Source: the human T2T-CHM13v2.0 reference genome, Homo sapiens
DNA: 64,000 nucleotides
Assembly: GCF_009914755.1 (NCBI RefSeq)
Contig: NC_060931.1
Strand: one strand, 5' to 3'
This document shows, piece by piece, positions 29,060 through 42,696 of this stretch. Every line of letters begins with the position of its first letter. Position 1 is the stretch's first letter. The notes below the pieces were generated by a model, which saw nothing but the letters and a program-made list of their open reading frames with translations, had not been told where the DNA came from and made no database searches. The translations under genes were made by a program, and so were the position numbers.

Positions 29060-29690
29060 AATAGGAAACCACTATATATACCCCAGAATAACTAAAATTA
29101 AAAGTACTACAAATACTTATGTTGGTGAAAATATGTAGCAAAAGGAATTCCTGTACACTAGTGGTAGGAGCACAATTTGTTATAGTCACTTTGGGAAACA
29201 ATATATAATTGTCTATTAAAGTTAAACATAAGCTTACCCTACAGCCTAGATATATATCCAAAAGAAATGCATGCACATATGCACCAAGACGTGCAAAATC
29301 ACAGGTAGCAGCATTATTTGTAATAGCACAAAGCAAGAAGCAACCCAAATGTTCACCAACAGTAGAATGGATAAACAAATTAGTGCACATTCATGCAATT
29401 GAGCAATGAAAAAGCAATGAAAATGAATGTGCAATAACCACACACAAAGTAATATTGAACAAGTGAAGCCAAAAGAGGATATGAATTTATAATCCTATTT
29501 AAGTAATCATCAAATAGAGAGGAAACTATAGTGTTAAAAGGTAGGATGCGAGCTACATTCTGAGAAGAAACATAAGCAGTGATTATGAAGGGACATAAGG
29601 AGGCTTCTGGATGGTGGCAATATTCAGTTTTTTGACCTGAGGTACAGTTGCTACCTGTGATAATCCACTTCACTCTAAATGTTAAAAAGT
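29060..29690 (+). mobile_element. L1ME-type 3' end
   Basis: gcagcattatttgtaatagc...caacccaaatgttcaccaacagtagaatggataaac. Confidence 0.8.
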
Positions 29691-31698
29691 AATCCAATGG
29701 CATCTTGAAGACATTTCTTGACCTTCTGTCTTTGCAGTTCCACTGTTCCTGGGCCCAGCTACCATCCTCTTAGAGGCCCCAAGGAGAGACCTCTGCCTCC
29801 CTCCTGCACTGGATAGCCTGGCTCCTGGATCCTGTATATTCATTTCCTTGACTCACTCACATATGCAGTCAGTACATCCTTTTGTACCTTCTTCAGAAAT
29901 GGCCCAACCCCTTGCAATAATATTTTGAGACTTTAACTATCTAAAAATATTTTTATTCTACCATCATACCCTTTAACAATTTGCCTGGGTATGTAATTTG
30001 AGGCTGAGTATTATATTCCTTCAGAATTGTCAGGAGAATGCTATTGTCCAAGGTTGCTCTTCACATGTTTACATATTCTCTCTCTCTCTCTTTCTGCTTT
30101 TCTCTTTCTCTCTCTAAAACCTTGTAGAATCTTCTCTTGGTCATAAGTACTTTGAAATTTCCTAGTGATGTATTTTGCTCCGGATTTATTTATTCCAATA
30201 TACACATACTTAAGGATTTTTTACTGTAAATGAAAATTTTCTTGAATTAATTTATTAATAATATCTTCATCTGTATTGTTTAAAAAACTCTCCCATTCCA
30301 GATTCCCCATTATTCAGAGTTTGAACTTCCTGGGCAATTATTTTATTATAATTTCCATCTTTTTATCTTTCCTCCTCTACTTCCTAGGAGTTATATTCAC
30401 TTTATCTTCCAAATCCTTTATTTAGGTGTTTATTTCTGCTGCTGTTATGTTTTCAATTTCCATGGGCACCTTTATGTTGTCTGAAAGCTCATGTTTCTGT
30501 TTTGTGGATGCCATATAATTTATATTTCTGAAGATACTAATGGCGGAGTTGAGGTATTTTTCTCTCTGCTAAGAATGCTCCAATTTAGTATTTTTCTGTC
30601 TGTTTTTTCTGTTAGACATTTTTCTCCAACGTCTGGAAATCAATGTGTCACTGCTCATAATTTGTACTGGAGAGCAACAAGACAGAGACCGTCAACTCAG
30701 ATCTTGCATGTGAGGTTTGTGCAGCCTGAGCTTTACTGTGAAAGGTAAGCATGGGCTATTTGCTGGCAAACTCTCATTTCTATTTTGTATTCTTTGCCCT
30801 TCCGATTGTTAGATTACCCGGAGAAAAATTGTTACAGCATTTGACTCAAAGATAAAGAATTGACGATCAGCATGCTTGGGGAGAATGGAGAAAGAGGTGT
30901 AGAGGGGCTCTTTATTAAGGATTCAGTTGAGGAAAATTCCCAGGACTCCTCTTTTTTGTCACGGTATCAGCAATTTCAATTGTGCCAGCTTTTTTTCAGC
31001 CCAGAGACCTTCTGTTCCACTGAGGAATCAAAAATTCAGGGTTGGCAAGGGGTTGGCAGGTCACTTAGCTAAAAGGAACTAGAGGAGGGTATTAGCATTT
31101 AAAATCCTTTCAAGCCATTTATACTCACTGTAACTTACTTTTTCATCCCCACCTCATCAATACTAATCCCACTGGTAAGTGCTCCTGCCAATTCCTGGGT
31201 CTTTGAGGACTCTGGTTCTATACATCAATGCTTTGCAGATTTCCCTGCTGGGAAGTTAGGAATCAGCTTGCTTATTTCTTTGTAGGAATCATAGATTCTG
31301 AAAAACCGAACAGAACAGACATTACATTTAAACTGGGTAATTTGAGGAGGGTTTAATTAAGGGGCTAAAGAGGTATGCAAGATACAGAGAAACCAAAAGA
31401 AATAGTGCAGTATCATAGGAATACTGTGGCACAGGAGACCAGAAGGGATTGGAAGGAGCAGATGCCAGAGCCTGGAATGACAGAGATGTGTGCAGAGGAG
31501 TGCCTAACAGAAGTTTTAACCCTGGCTGAGGAGTGCAACCAGCTCAGAGTCACACACTTAGAAGAAGACCAGGGGATTCAATAGCTCAGCCTCCCACCTC
31601 CCTCCAGTCTTCTGCTTGACCTCTTATTGGCTAAAGCAAATGAGAAGCCAGAACATCAGATAGTCCACTAATGTTCATGTAAGTCAGCCTTTCCCACT

Positions 31699-32119
31699 TG
31701 TAGTTCTTAGAACAATGATAAAATGTGCTGAGCATGAAACAGCCTGAGAAGGAGGGTCTGTTCAGAACAGCCTGGGATCCATTCCTATTCCGTCAAGAAA
31801 ATTGCATCTTGCAATGCTTTAGCCCGTTGAATCAAGTGACTTCAGTGTATAAAAAACCTAGAGTGGAATGCATTCAGGGTCACTTAGTTGCAGTGTGACA
31901 TGGGGCATGTCCAGACAATACTGCATTCAGCCTGCATTTTTCATGAGTCTTGAAGGACTGACTTGCCATAAATTCTACGCTTCTTTTATTTCTTGCTTCC
32001 TATATATGAGCAATGAAGTGGCTTCCTTAAATGGTTGTGTGAGTGTTCTGTCTCATTGAACGCAGGCAAGTGGTAGAAATTACAGATTGGTAATCTGTGC
32101 ACAGTGAACCTACTTCACA
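31699..32119 (+). mobile_element. Old LTR, ERVL-class-like
   Basis: TG...CA ends, terminal gcacagtgaacctacttcaca; no clear TSD. Confidence 0.5.
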
Positions 32120-32191
32120 ACTACAGGATCTAACTCCACTTTCAGCATTCTCAACATTAATTCCTCATTCAGAGCTATATATGGCAACAAC

Positions 32192-33465
32192 TTTTTTTTT
32201 TTTAATTTTACTTTAAGTTCCGGGATACACGTGAAGAATGTGCAGGTTTGTTACATAGGTATACATGTGACATGGTTGTTTGCTGCACCTGTCACCTAGG
32301 TTTTAAGCCCCACATGCATTAGATATTTGTCCTAATGCTCTCCCTTCCCTTGCCCCCACAACCCCCGACAGGCCCCAGTGTGTGTTGTTCCTCTCCCTGT
32401 GTCCATATGCTCTCATTGTTTAACTCCCACTTATGAGTGAGAATATGTGCGATTTGGTTTTTTTGTTCTTGTGTTAGTTTGCTGAGGATGGTGGCTTCCA
32501 GCTTCATCCATGACCCTGCAAAGGACATAAGCTCATTCTTTTTTATGGCTGCATAGTATTCCATGGTGGGTATGTACCACATTTTCTTTATCCAGTCTAT
32601 CATTGATGGGCATTTGGGTTGGTTCCATATCTTTGCTATTTTAAATAGTGCTGCAATAAACATACATGTGCATGTGTCTTTATAGTAGAATGATTTATAT
32701 TCCTTTGGGTATATATGCAGTAATGGGATTGCTGGATCAAATCCTATTTCTGGTTCTTGATTCTTGAAGAATCACCACACTCTCTTCCATGGTGGCTGAA
32801 CTAATTTACATTCCCATCAGCAACGTAAAAGTGTTCCTATTTCTCCACAGCCTTGTCAGCATTTACTGTTTATTGACGTTTTAATAATCACCATTCTGAC
32901 TGGCATGAGATGGTATCTCATTGTGGTTTTGATTTGCATTTCTCTAATGATCAGTGATGATGAGCTGTTTTTCATATGCTTGCTGGCCATATAAATGTCT
33001 TCTTTTGAGAAGTGTCTGTTCATATCCTTTGCCCACTTTTTGATGGGGTTGTTTGTTTTTTTCTTGTAAATTTGTTTAAGTTCCTTGTAGATTCTGGATA
33101 TTAGACCTTTGTCAGATGGGTGGACTGCAAAAATTTTCTCCCATTCTGTAGGTTGCCTGTTCACTCTGATGCTAGTTTCTTTTGCTGTGTAGAAGCTCTT
33201 TAGCTTAATTAGACCCCATTTGTCAAGTTTGGCTTTTGTTGCAATTGCTTTTGGTGTTTTCATCATGAAGTCTTTGCCCATGTCTATGTCCTGAATGCAA
33301 TGGGGAAAGGATTCCCTATTTAATAAATGGTGCTGGGAAAACTGACTAGCCATATGCAGAAAACAGAAACTGGACCTCTTCATTAAACCTTATACAAAAA
33401 TTAACTCAAGATAGAGTGAAGACTTAAATGTAAAATCCCAAAACATAAAAACCCTAGACAAAACC
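32192..33465 (-). mobile_element. 5'-inverted L1PA (L1PA8/10-like)
   Basis: 32192-33297 antisense 3' end/ORF2 with T-tail; 33298-33465 flipped upstream ORF2 segment. Confidence 0.93.
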
Positions 33466-33790
33466 TTTTTTTTTTTCTTTTTTTTTTCGAGACAGAATCT
33501 CGCTCTGTAGCCCAGGCTGCAGTGCAGTGGCGCAATCCCGGCTCACTGCAAGCTCTGCCTCTTGGGTTCATGCCATTCTCCTGCCTCAGCCTCCTAAGTA
33601 GGTGGGACTACAGGTGCCCACCACCATGCCTGGCTTTTTTTATTTTTTTTATTTTATTTTTTTTAATTTTTAGTAGAGACGGGGTTTCACCGTGTTAGCC
33701 AGGATGGTCTTGATCTCCTGACCTCATGATCCACCCGCCTCGGCCTCCCAAAGTGCTGGGATTACAGCCTTCAGTCACAGTGCCCAGTCA
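33466..33790 (-). mobile_element. AluY
   Basis: Y-diagnostic gcaagctctgcc...ttcatgccattc; TSD ACAA(A/G)ACCTTTT at 33458-33469 and 33791-33802. Confidence 0.93.
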
Positions 33791-33939
33791 ACAAGACCTT
33801 TTCAAGAATGCTGGGACACTTCTCACTGAAGCATTTTTGTATCAAAGAAGAGAGTAGTGCCTTGGGGGCCCTCCTGAAGATTTTGATTACACAAGGGGTG
33901 AGAGTTTGCACCAAATCCTTTTAAAATAATGCCTTCTCC

Positions 33940-34518
33940 TGAAACTGAAAGGTCACCTGATTAAGCCACCAAAGCTAACCTGCCTTGCTTGCTTTTAATT
34001 GCCTACTTCCAGTTGATCCTAAAATTCCACTACCCTCCTTATAGACACCTGACTGTGAGTCACGATAGTTACGGTTGCTCAAAATTGTTTTTCAGGAACT
34101 AGGGGGCAGCTCTTGTCCAGTTTAAGCTGCTTGAGACCACCAACCTTTAACTAGGCCTGCTGGGGTGCTTGAAGAGTGACCTTTTAACATCAGAGGGCCA
34201 AAAATACCACCCTCAGGTCATGCTTATGCCACTATTTCATGCAGTTGAATCCTGTGATAAATCATGTGGCTTGATTACACTTACACAGAAACCCCGATTA
34301 TCTCATCTTTCCTACCCACCAATCACCTTTGCCCACACTTTAGACTGGCTGTTTATCCCTTACTACCCCCAAGCCCTATTTTTAGGGAGGTGGATTTCAG
34401 ATTTGTTCTTGCGTCTCCTCACATGGCAGCCTTGTGAATAAAATCTTTTCTCTTTTGCAAAAACTAGTGGCCACAGTGACTGGCTTTTTGCATGCAGAAA
34501 AGAACCTTGTTGCTAACA
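33940..34518 (+). mobile_element. ERV1-class solo LTR
   Basis: TG...CA termini, perfect 4-bp TSD CTCC (33936-33939 and 34519-34522), AATAAA at 34437-34442. Confidence 0.85.
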
Positions 34519-34536
34519 CTCCAGAAACTTTGACTC

Positions 34537-34614
34537 CTTTCATAAAAGAAGCAGGCTGACAAGCTGAGGCTTCTCTAGTGTGCTCAGCTTGTCAGCCTAC
34601 TTCTTTTATGAAAG
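34537..34614. repeat. Inverted repeat with 32-bp arms (31/32 complementary) and 14-nt loop
   Basis: ctttcataaaagaagcaggctgacaagctgag / ctcagcttgtcagcctacttcttttatgaaag. Confidence 0.97.
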
Positions 34615-37600
34615 CATTGCATCTGGGTTTCAATTCCACAACCACAGAAAGTCAGTGCCACCATCATGGGCTTCATTTAACTCGTTGAACCCTAAATCCA
34701 AAAGTAATGGGCTCATTTCATTAATCCAGTCCCATCTGGCCTTCTATTGTCATAGTTCTTTTAGGACCTGCTACCATATATACTCTGCAGACTGCTGAAT
34801 CTATACAGAATCTATACAGGACTATAAGCTTTTTGGAGTGTGGGTGAGCTCCTCCTACAAAAGGTCTAAGCTTTCCTCCTTGACTTATGAAGGGATCTAA
34901 ATCTCACCATGGGCCCATGGGCCTCAAAGCAGCAGTGGTGGTAGCTCTGGGTCTTCGGAAGCTTCCTGTAAGCAAGTGCCCAGGAAAGACAGTTGGAATT
35001 CACTTATGCAGAGGGCTGCTTCCCCCAAGGAGACCAAGGTTTGAATTTCTCAGACTCTTAGGTGTCTGCTTATATGTTCCTATCCCTCACCTTAGGCCCA
35101 CCGGTGCTATTTTCCCAGTGTAAACAACCCTTACATCAGGCCCTCAGCTTGGTCTTCACCTGTGTCTGTCCTCAAACTGAGGGGGATGAGGAACTCTTTC
35201 AAATCTGTCAAGGGAAGTTATTAATTTTTCCTGTGTATTTTCCGTCAAATGTGCAACAGCTTTACATCTCTCAGTTCCTTGCATTATAGAGGCATCAAAA
35301 TACCAGCTGAGGCCCTGCCTTCATAATCACTTTGGATTCCAGTGTGACTGATGGCCTCAGGCACTTCATCTCCGCAGGCCATGGTCCCCTGCTGCTCTCC
35401 ATCCCAAGCAAGACTCTACTGCAGGACAGGATATCTGTGCCCTACCCGCATACAACCAGGTGGCTGCCCTGCATATCTCCAAAGGGGATGAACTCAATCA
35501 CAGAATGCTCTAAGAGCCTTTTTCCTCACACCACTCCTGGTACCAATGACCAACCAGTCAGGGTCCTGACAAGATAACAAATGGCATGCTCAATTTGGAT
35601 GATTTGGGGAAAATCAGGAATCTATTTATAAAGTGGTTCTCAAGGGCCAAGGAAACCACAAAGCATTGCCTTCCCAGGATTGGAAGGAGCGGGACACCAC
35701 ACGCCATCACCATCCCAAGCCTAGAAGCTGGGGAGAGACAGTAGTTATCAGCAAAGAGAGAGGAAGAAAGAGGTAGCACAGGGGTATTTAAGAGAATCTC
35801 TTGGTAGAATCAGTGACTTTTGGTCAAATAACCCAGCCTGAGGTAATCCATCTTGGATGGAGAAAGAAGAATGGAAAGCTGGACCTCAATCTTTCTCCTT
35901 TCTGGTTATGATATTTTTAGGCTGAACCTAAGCAAAAGCCAAAAGGGAAGTATTCTGTTGATTTGGGCATACAGTTCAGCCTAGGGCTACAGAGCTGGGT
36001 GGGAAAAGGAGAACAGATCTGAAGCAGCAACCAGAACTGATCCAGCTACTTAGTAACCCCTAAGCCACCTACCTCTTTGCCATCTTCTTTCCAATTGTCT
36101 TTGCATTTTTGCATATTCTTATTGTGTCAAAATGAAATGAAGAATACATTGGGTTGAAATTATTAATGCAGTTACTAAAGATTGTCTTTGCAAGGGCTTA
36201 GATACAGATGGAAAAGATTAATATGGTAACTTGCAGAAGACATAAAGTTCAGGTGTGCCTTTTTAGTCACTCTTCTGCTTGATTGGGTATCTCATGTGAA
36301 AAGCATGCAGTTACTAAAATTCCAGATACAAAAGTCTATCTTCCCGCTTCAAAATTTATGGTACCTGTACCTTACCTTGTTTCTGCTTGCACTGAGTCTG
36401 GCCTTTTATCTTCTTAGATTTCCAATCACATTGATTTCATCGGTGTTCTTGGTTTACATGCTTCTTTGGCTTATAACACAGATGCACACTGAGTTCAACT
36501 TTTGTTTTTTCTTTTTTCTACCAAGGCTTTATGTTCATTGTTGTCTTCTGTATTCATAACCTCATGCATGCCCTTCCCACTTGCCAGAATTCTTTTTCTC
36601 AAACTAGCTCACCTAGTTAATTTTTGACCATCCTTAAATCTCAGCTCCTCTGTGACACAATGCCTCATTGCTTCCAACTGGGTGAAGTTATCCCTCTATT
36701 GCACCAGATGATTGTCCTTGTGTATGCCCTGGAGATAGGACATGTAAACAGCAGTCTACCTTATTTATTGTTGCATTACACAGTTTGCCACTGCATAGTT
36801 TTCAGCTAGTCTTTCTGGTTGGCCCATTAACTGTTACAAGGTCATAGCTCCTTCTTTTATTACAGCCTGGCAGAGTAGATTCTTAATAAATGTTATTGAT
36901 CAACTATTGTGTTTATTCTGCATCATTTACGTTTCCTCTGTAATTTTGACCTTTCTGACTTGACCACAGGACCCAGGAACTGGAGCAGAACTGTGGGGTG
37001 TGAAACCCTGACAGAGCAATGGCATACAGACAGGTGAGAAATGTTCAGGATTCAGTGAATGGTTTTAATCCTGCTCTGAGTTTTTTCTTACCCCACGGAC
37101 ACTTTAAATGTCTGGGGCCATATATATTTTATGGCACCTTAAAGGCTAACTTTGCTCATGCCTGGGGATCTGTGCACTCTTTAGATGCTGTTTTGCTATT
37201 GCAATGAGGTACATGGTATGTGTTATTCAATTGAATATAAAAAGAAGAAAAGTGAAAACTTGGGTATGCACATCCCATCTTGAAACCACTTTTGTCTGTG
37301 TCTGGAGTAGGAAAATTTATGGGTCAATATCTCCTTTCTGAGTCCTGGCGTTAGGGAGACAGAGATGGATTTGATGATCACTCACTGCGCTGGCAAGCCC
37401 TTCACATCTCTACACAAGTACAAACTCAGTTTCTTATCTGAGTGCATAAGTGCTTAATGTTGATTGACTGAGTCATCTATCATGACACAGGAGTTTACAT
37501 TTTCTTGCAGATATATAATGGGAATTCCAGTGAAATGGAAAACACTAAAACCATCATTTTTCAGAAGAACTGCTAAGTGTGAATACTAAGTAACATCTAC

Positions 37601-39048
37601 TAATAGTTATTGAGGGAACATATTCTAGGTGATAGAAGGGAAACACACTTAACCAACTTCAGGATTTGGACTGCACTTAAAGTTTGCAAGTGAACATAAA
37701 TTTTTTTTTTCAATTTTCTTTGGTTTTGTTTTGAAAAATAACAGCCTCGTATTAAGAGATGTTATAAAAGGATCTAAAACCTGTTTTCATACAGAGTAGT
37801 GACAATTGGTGTGTCTTACCAATAATGACATACATTTAATATAGAATGCACTGTGAAAAATGATTTTGCTTTTAATTCCACATATAAATTATTCACCCAG
37901 ATCTTCATTCTGGTTAGGAGCCATTCAGATTGTGTTCTTAGAGACGTAGGTAGCAGAGATAAAACATTTAGGTTATAATTTAGTGATTTTTGTTTTTCTA
38001 AAAGGACAGCTCTTAAAAATAAAAAGTAAAAATGTTAACCACCAATAATTATGGTTTAGGAATATTGAAGAAATGCATTATTTAGAATATGCTTGAAAAA
38101 ACAATTAGATGTTATTATAGTGTGCGCTTTCTTATACAATCTACAGGACTTACAGAAATCTCAGACATTGAGTCTTCATATATTATACTAGATATTTCTC
38201 ACTTTTTTGCTCCAAAATCATTTTCCCTTTTTCTAGAAAGTATAAAATTTCCTATTTTTGCCCCAGCTACTCAACATGTTCTTGGGAACCGGTTCAACTG
38301 AGGGGCCCTGGCCACCAGGGAGGCACATGGATGGGGTGCTGGGTGAACCCGATTTCTCCCTTTAGAGGCCTGCACCTCAGGCTGAGACATCAGCAGCAAG
38401 AGGGGCCAGGCTGACTCAATCTGATGCATGTCAGCCCCTCAAGAACCTGCCCACCAGCTTGGCTACCCAGATTTTATGTTCTGATCTGGGTCTTTCTGAA
38501 TTCTCATTCTTCAGCTTTTTCTTAGTTATATGGAGCCCCATGTCTCCCAAGTACCCACATTGCTCAAGTTCCCTGAAGCGCATTTCTATTTATTGTAAAC
38601 AAAGATTCCTACCAATACATAAAACACCCCACAATGCATTAAATGCATTGACAATTTCACCTTTTAAAGTGAAATGACTTGATTCAATTTTCCTTCCCTG
38701 GCAACGTAAAGATTGTTGATTAGAAATGATTGCCTTGGTAGTACAGGCTGAAGCCACTTGAGATGTCTCAGAATCTCTCCAGGCTCATAGGAGAGAGAAA
38801 TTTCTTTTGCTGAATATCTGGCCATTTTGATATTAATCCCTACGCTAATAGCTATCACATGAGGTGTATTTACTGTGGCAAGCACTTAAAATGCCTTAAA
38901 TATATAAACTCATTTAATTCTCACAATCCTAAAAATTAAGTATAGACATAATCCAGTGTTATTTTTAAATATAATATACGCTGTGCCAGGGATTCTGTCT
39001 TATGTAGTGTGGTATACCCATTGCCTATCATGGTTTGTGATATAATAG

Positions 39049-39417
<369 letters not shown>

Positions 39418-39863
39418 TAGTGGATATATATGTATATATCAACATAAACCTCTTTCTTACATTTTCATCTCCCACTTCTTAAATATGTATTTATTGTTAT
39501 CAGAGCATCCCTGTCACACTAGCTTCACGTGACACTGAAACCCATCTCTGGGAGTTTTGGAAGTGAGCCAAGAGAGTAAGCTTGTATATCTAGTGCTTGA
39601 AGTCATAAGATGGAAAATATAGGAATGGTGGATGAACATATTCTGTACGTTATGGTAAGGAAATCCTGTTCAGCAAGAAACAAGAATTAAACCAGAATAC
39701 AAAAAAAAAAAAAAAGAAAGAAAGAAAGAAAGGAAGCATCAGTGAGAATTAGAAGTCCAGATTCTAGTTTGTCCTAAGGCTCAAATAAATGTTGACCTTT
39801 GTATATATAACTCAGTTGTTCAGAGTCGATGGTACATTCCTTGTTCTTCTAATAGAAAGTCGA

Positions 39864-39981
39864 TTTTTTTTTTTTTAATTAGAGACAGGATCTTGCCATG
39901 TTTCCCAGGCTGGTCTTGAACTCCTGGACTCCAGTGATCCTCCTGTGCTAGGATTACAGGTGTGAGCCACCACGCCTAGCC
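39864..39981 (-). mobile_element. FLAM-type Alu monomer
   Basis: Single left arm with T-tail, TSD AAAGT(C/A)GATTT. Confidence 0.88.
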
Positions 39982-40051
39982 AAAAAGTAGATTTATCTCT
40001 TTAGATTATAACATGCATTGTCGTTCTCTTTTAGTTTAGCATTATGGAAGC

Positions 40052-40436
40052 TGTATTGTCCATTTGGGCTGCTATAACAAAATACCTTAGCTTAGGTAAT
40101 TTATAAACAACAGAAATTTATTGTTCTCAGTACTGGAGGCTGGGAAGTCCAAGTTCAAGGCACCAGGAAATTCAGCATCCAGTGAGGCACCTCTGCTTCA
40201 TAGACGGTACCTTCTTTCTGCATCCTCACATGGCAGAAGGGGGTAAGGATGTGTGCTTGAGCCTCTTTTACAAGGGCTTTAATCCCATCCATGGGAGTGC
40301 AGCCCTTATGAATTTATCACCTCACAAGGGCTCCACATCTTAATAGTCTCACATTAAGTATTAGGTCTCAACATATGAATTTTGGGGGGGCACTAAAACA
40401 TTAAAACCATACGGCAGTAGCCTTGTAGCCAAGTAT
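40052..40436 (-). mobile_element. MSTC/MSTD-like MaLR LTR
   Basis: gggctgctataacaaaatacc...ctggaggctgggaagtccaag. Confidence 0.85.
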
Positions 40437-41783
40437 TCCTTTTCAACTGTCTAGGCCTAACCATTGCACTTCTTAATTATATCTCATTCTTCACTTCCTT
40501 TATAAGCTACTGAAGCAAAACTTTAAATTATAATTTTCCTATTAAGTGAAATAAACATTTGAAATATTTAGCTCTCAAAAACTGCTCAACATATTAAGCT
40601 GTTAATATATACGAATATCACTCTACTTCTAAAAACTAAGTTATATACTTCATAACATGGAATTTAAGCCTTCCAACTATATCTTTAATTTATCTTCCCA
40701 TATTCCTATTCTACTTCTCCCATTAGGAACTTTATGTCTCTGTCAGGTGCTTTTCTATAGAATTCACCTAAATGTACCTGGATGTTTTCCAATTCACATA
40801 CCTCTTGTGAATTCAGTTTGCTTTTGAAAATGTCATCTTGGGGAAGGAGGTTTGAACACTGATAATATGTCAATGTGTATTTCATTTTTCAGACTTTGAA
40901 GAAAACAAGGAAGATCCATTGGTGGTTAAGTTGGGACAAGAAAATAGTGTTGTTCTGGGTTCACTGAGACATAGGGTTGCTACTTCATAAACTGCCTTTG
41001 TAAACCTAATTCAGAATTTTCAAACATCAAAAGACAGAGAAACTCAGAGGAATGTTGCTTAAACAGGCTTGACATACAGAGAACATATTAGTTTCAGGGA
41101 AAATTTCATCTTTATCAATTATTTAAATACTTAATCACATTTGCCTTAATTATTTCACATAATCAAGTTGAATATGAGTAGCTGAAGTGTTGATATTGGG
41201 AGAAGAAGTGTAGTTTTTATACAATTAGTGTATATTTTCAAAGTTAAAAAAATTTCACAGGATACATGAAGAAATTTAGAATGAACTATAGTTTGCAATC
41301 GATGATAAAATGTAAGATAAAAAACTAAAAACATAGTTGCAAATTGTGATTAAAAGGCATGTAAAATTAGGGATTTATAAATTAGTTATGTATGTGGGAA
41401 TACGGAAGCCATGAATAATATGAATACATACTGGTTTGTACATTTACTTAACTTTACACATGTGTTCTCTTTTCTCTGACTGTAAAAGATAGATAATACA
41501 CAGATAAATAGAAAAAGAAAAAGATAGATATAGGTAGCAAAATAAGCTCTGAAAGAGGAGTAGAACATTTTTGCCAAAAATCTTTGCCTAAGAACACCTT
41601 TCTTAAATACTAAGAAGAAAAGGTTGAACATCTTGAACAATTTGTGAAATAAACAACAGTATAGCTTCCTTCAGTAGAAAACATGCTGTTTTCTTATGTT
41701 TTTAATATTTTAGTCTGATAACACATGGTATATTTCCAAGATCAGATAGAATTGTAAATGTAAAATCATCAAATATAAAAGGG

Positions 41784-42696
41784 TGTTGATGAAAAAAGTA
41801 AACTCTGTAAAATATTTGAAGAGGTTTATTCTAAACCAAATGTGAGGACCATGACCCATGACACAGCCTCAGGAGAGCCTAAGAACATGTGCCCAAGGTG
41901 GTTGGATTACAGCTTGGTTTTATACAATTTAGGAGAAAAGAAGTTACAGGCAAAGACATAAATCCATACATGGAATGTACACATTGGTCCAGCCCGGAAA
42001 GGCTGGACATGTCAAAGCGGGGGTTGGGCTTACAGGTCATAGCTGGATCCAAAGATTTCCTGATCGGCAGTTGGTTGAAAGAGCTAAGCTTTGCCTAAAG
42101 AGTTGAAGTCAGCAGGGAAATGCTTGGGTTTAAGATGGGTACAGGGGGTGGTCATGAAAACCAAGGTGCTTGTCATGTAGAGAAGCCTTCCAGGTTGTAG
42201 GCTTCAGAAAGAATAGATGGTAAATGTCTTATCAGACCTTAAAATGTGTCAGACTCTTAGTTTTCTCTCCTGGGTCAGGAAAATACCTGGAAAGGGAAAA
42301 GAATTCTCTATGGAATGTAAATTTTCCCTGTAAGAGATGGCTTTCACAGCCATTCCAAAGTATGTCAAAGAAATATATTTTGGAGTAAAATAATTTATTT
42401 CCTTTAGGCCTGTTACCTGTCATGTGATGTTTATACCTGAGTCAGGTTGGAGTTGGTATCTTATTGCTCCAGCGAGTCTGTTCTGTCAGTCTTAGGATCT
42501 CTGTTTTAATGTTAATGCTGGTCACTTGTACCTGAACTTCCTAAGAGAGAGGGTATAGTGAGGTATGTCTGACCCCCACCCCACCCCACTTCCTGTCATG
42601 ACCTGAACTAGTTTTTCAGGTTTCTTTCGAATCTCCTTTGTTGAGAGGGGATGCATTCAGTCACTTGGGGGACTTTTATTTTATTTTTGGTTTACA
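41784..42696 (-). mobile_element. MER4 (MER4D-like) ERV1 solo LTR
   Basis: aaactctgtaaaatatttgaagaggtttattct...gacacagcctcagg...catgtgcccaaggtgg; ends tttttggtttaca. Confidence 0.85.

Noticed and set aside
32856-33383. 175-aa ORF
   Set aside because: L1 ORF2 C-terminal remnant with a fortuitous start in the flipped segment
38305-38330. CTCF-like TGGCCACCAGGGAGGC
   Set aside because: Mismatches the core GGC positions; too weak without ChIP data
40875-40980. Strong-looking acceptor atttcatttttcag
   Set aside because: No convincing paired donor or upstream promoter on that strand
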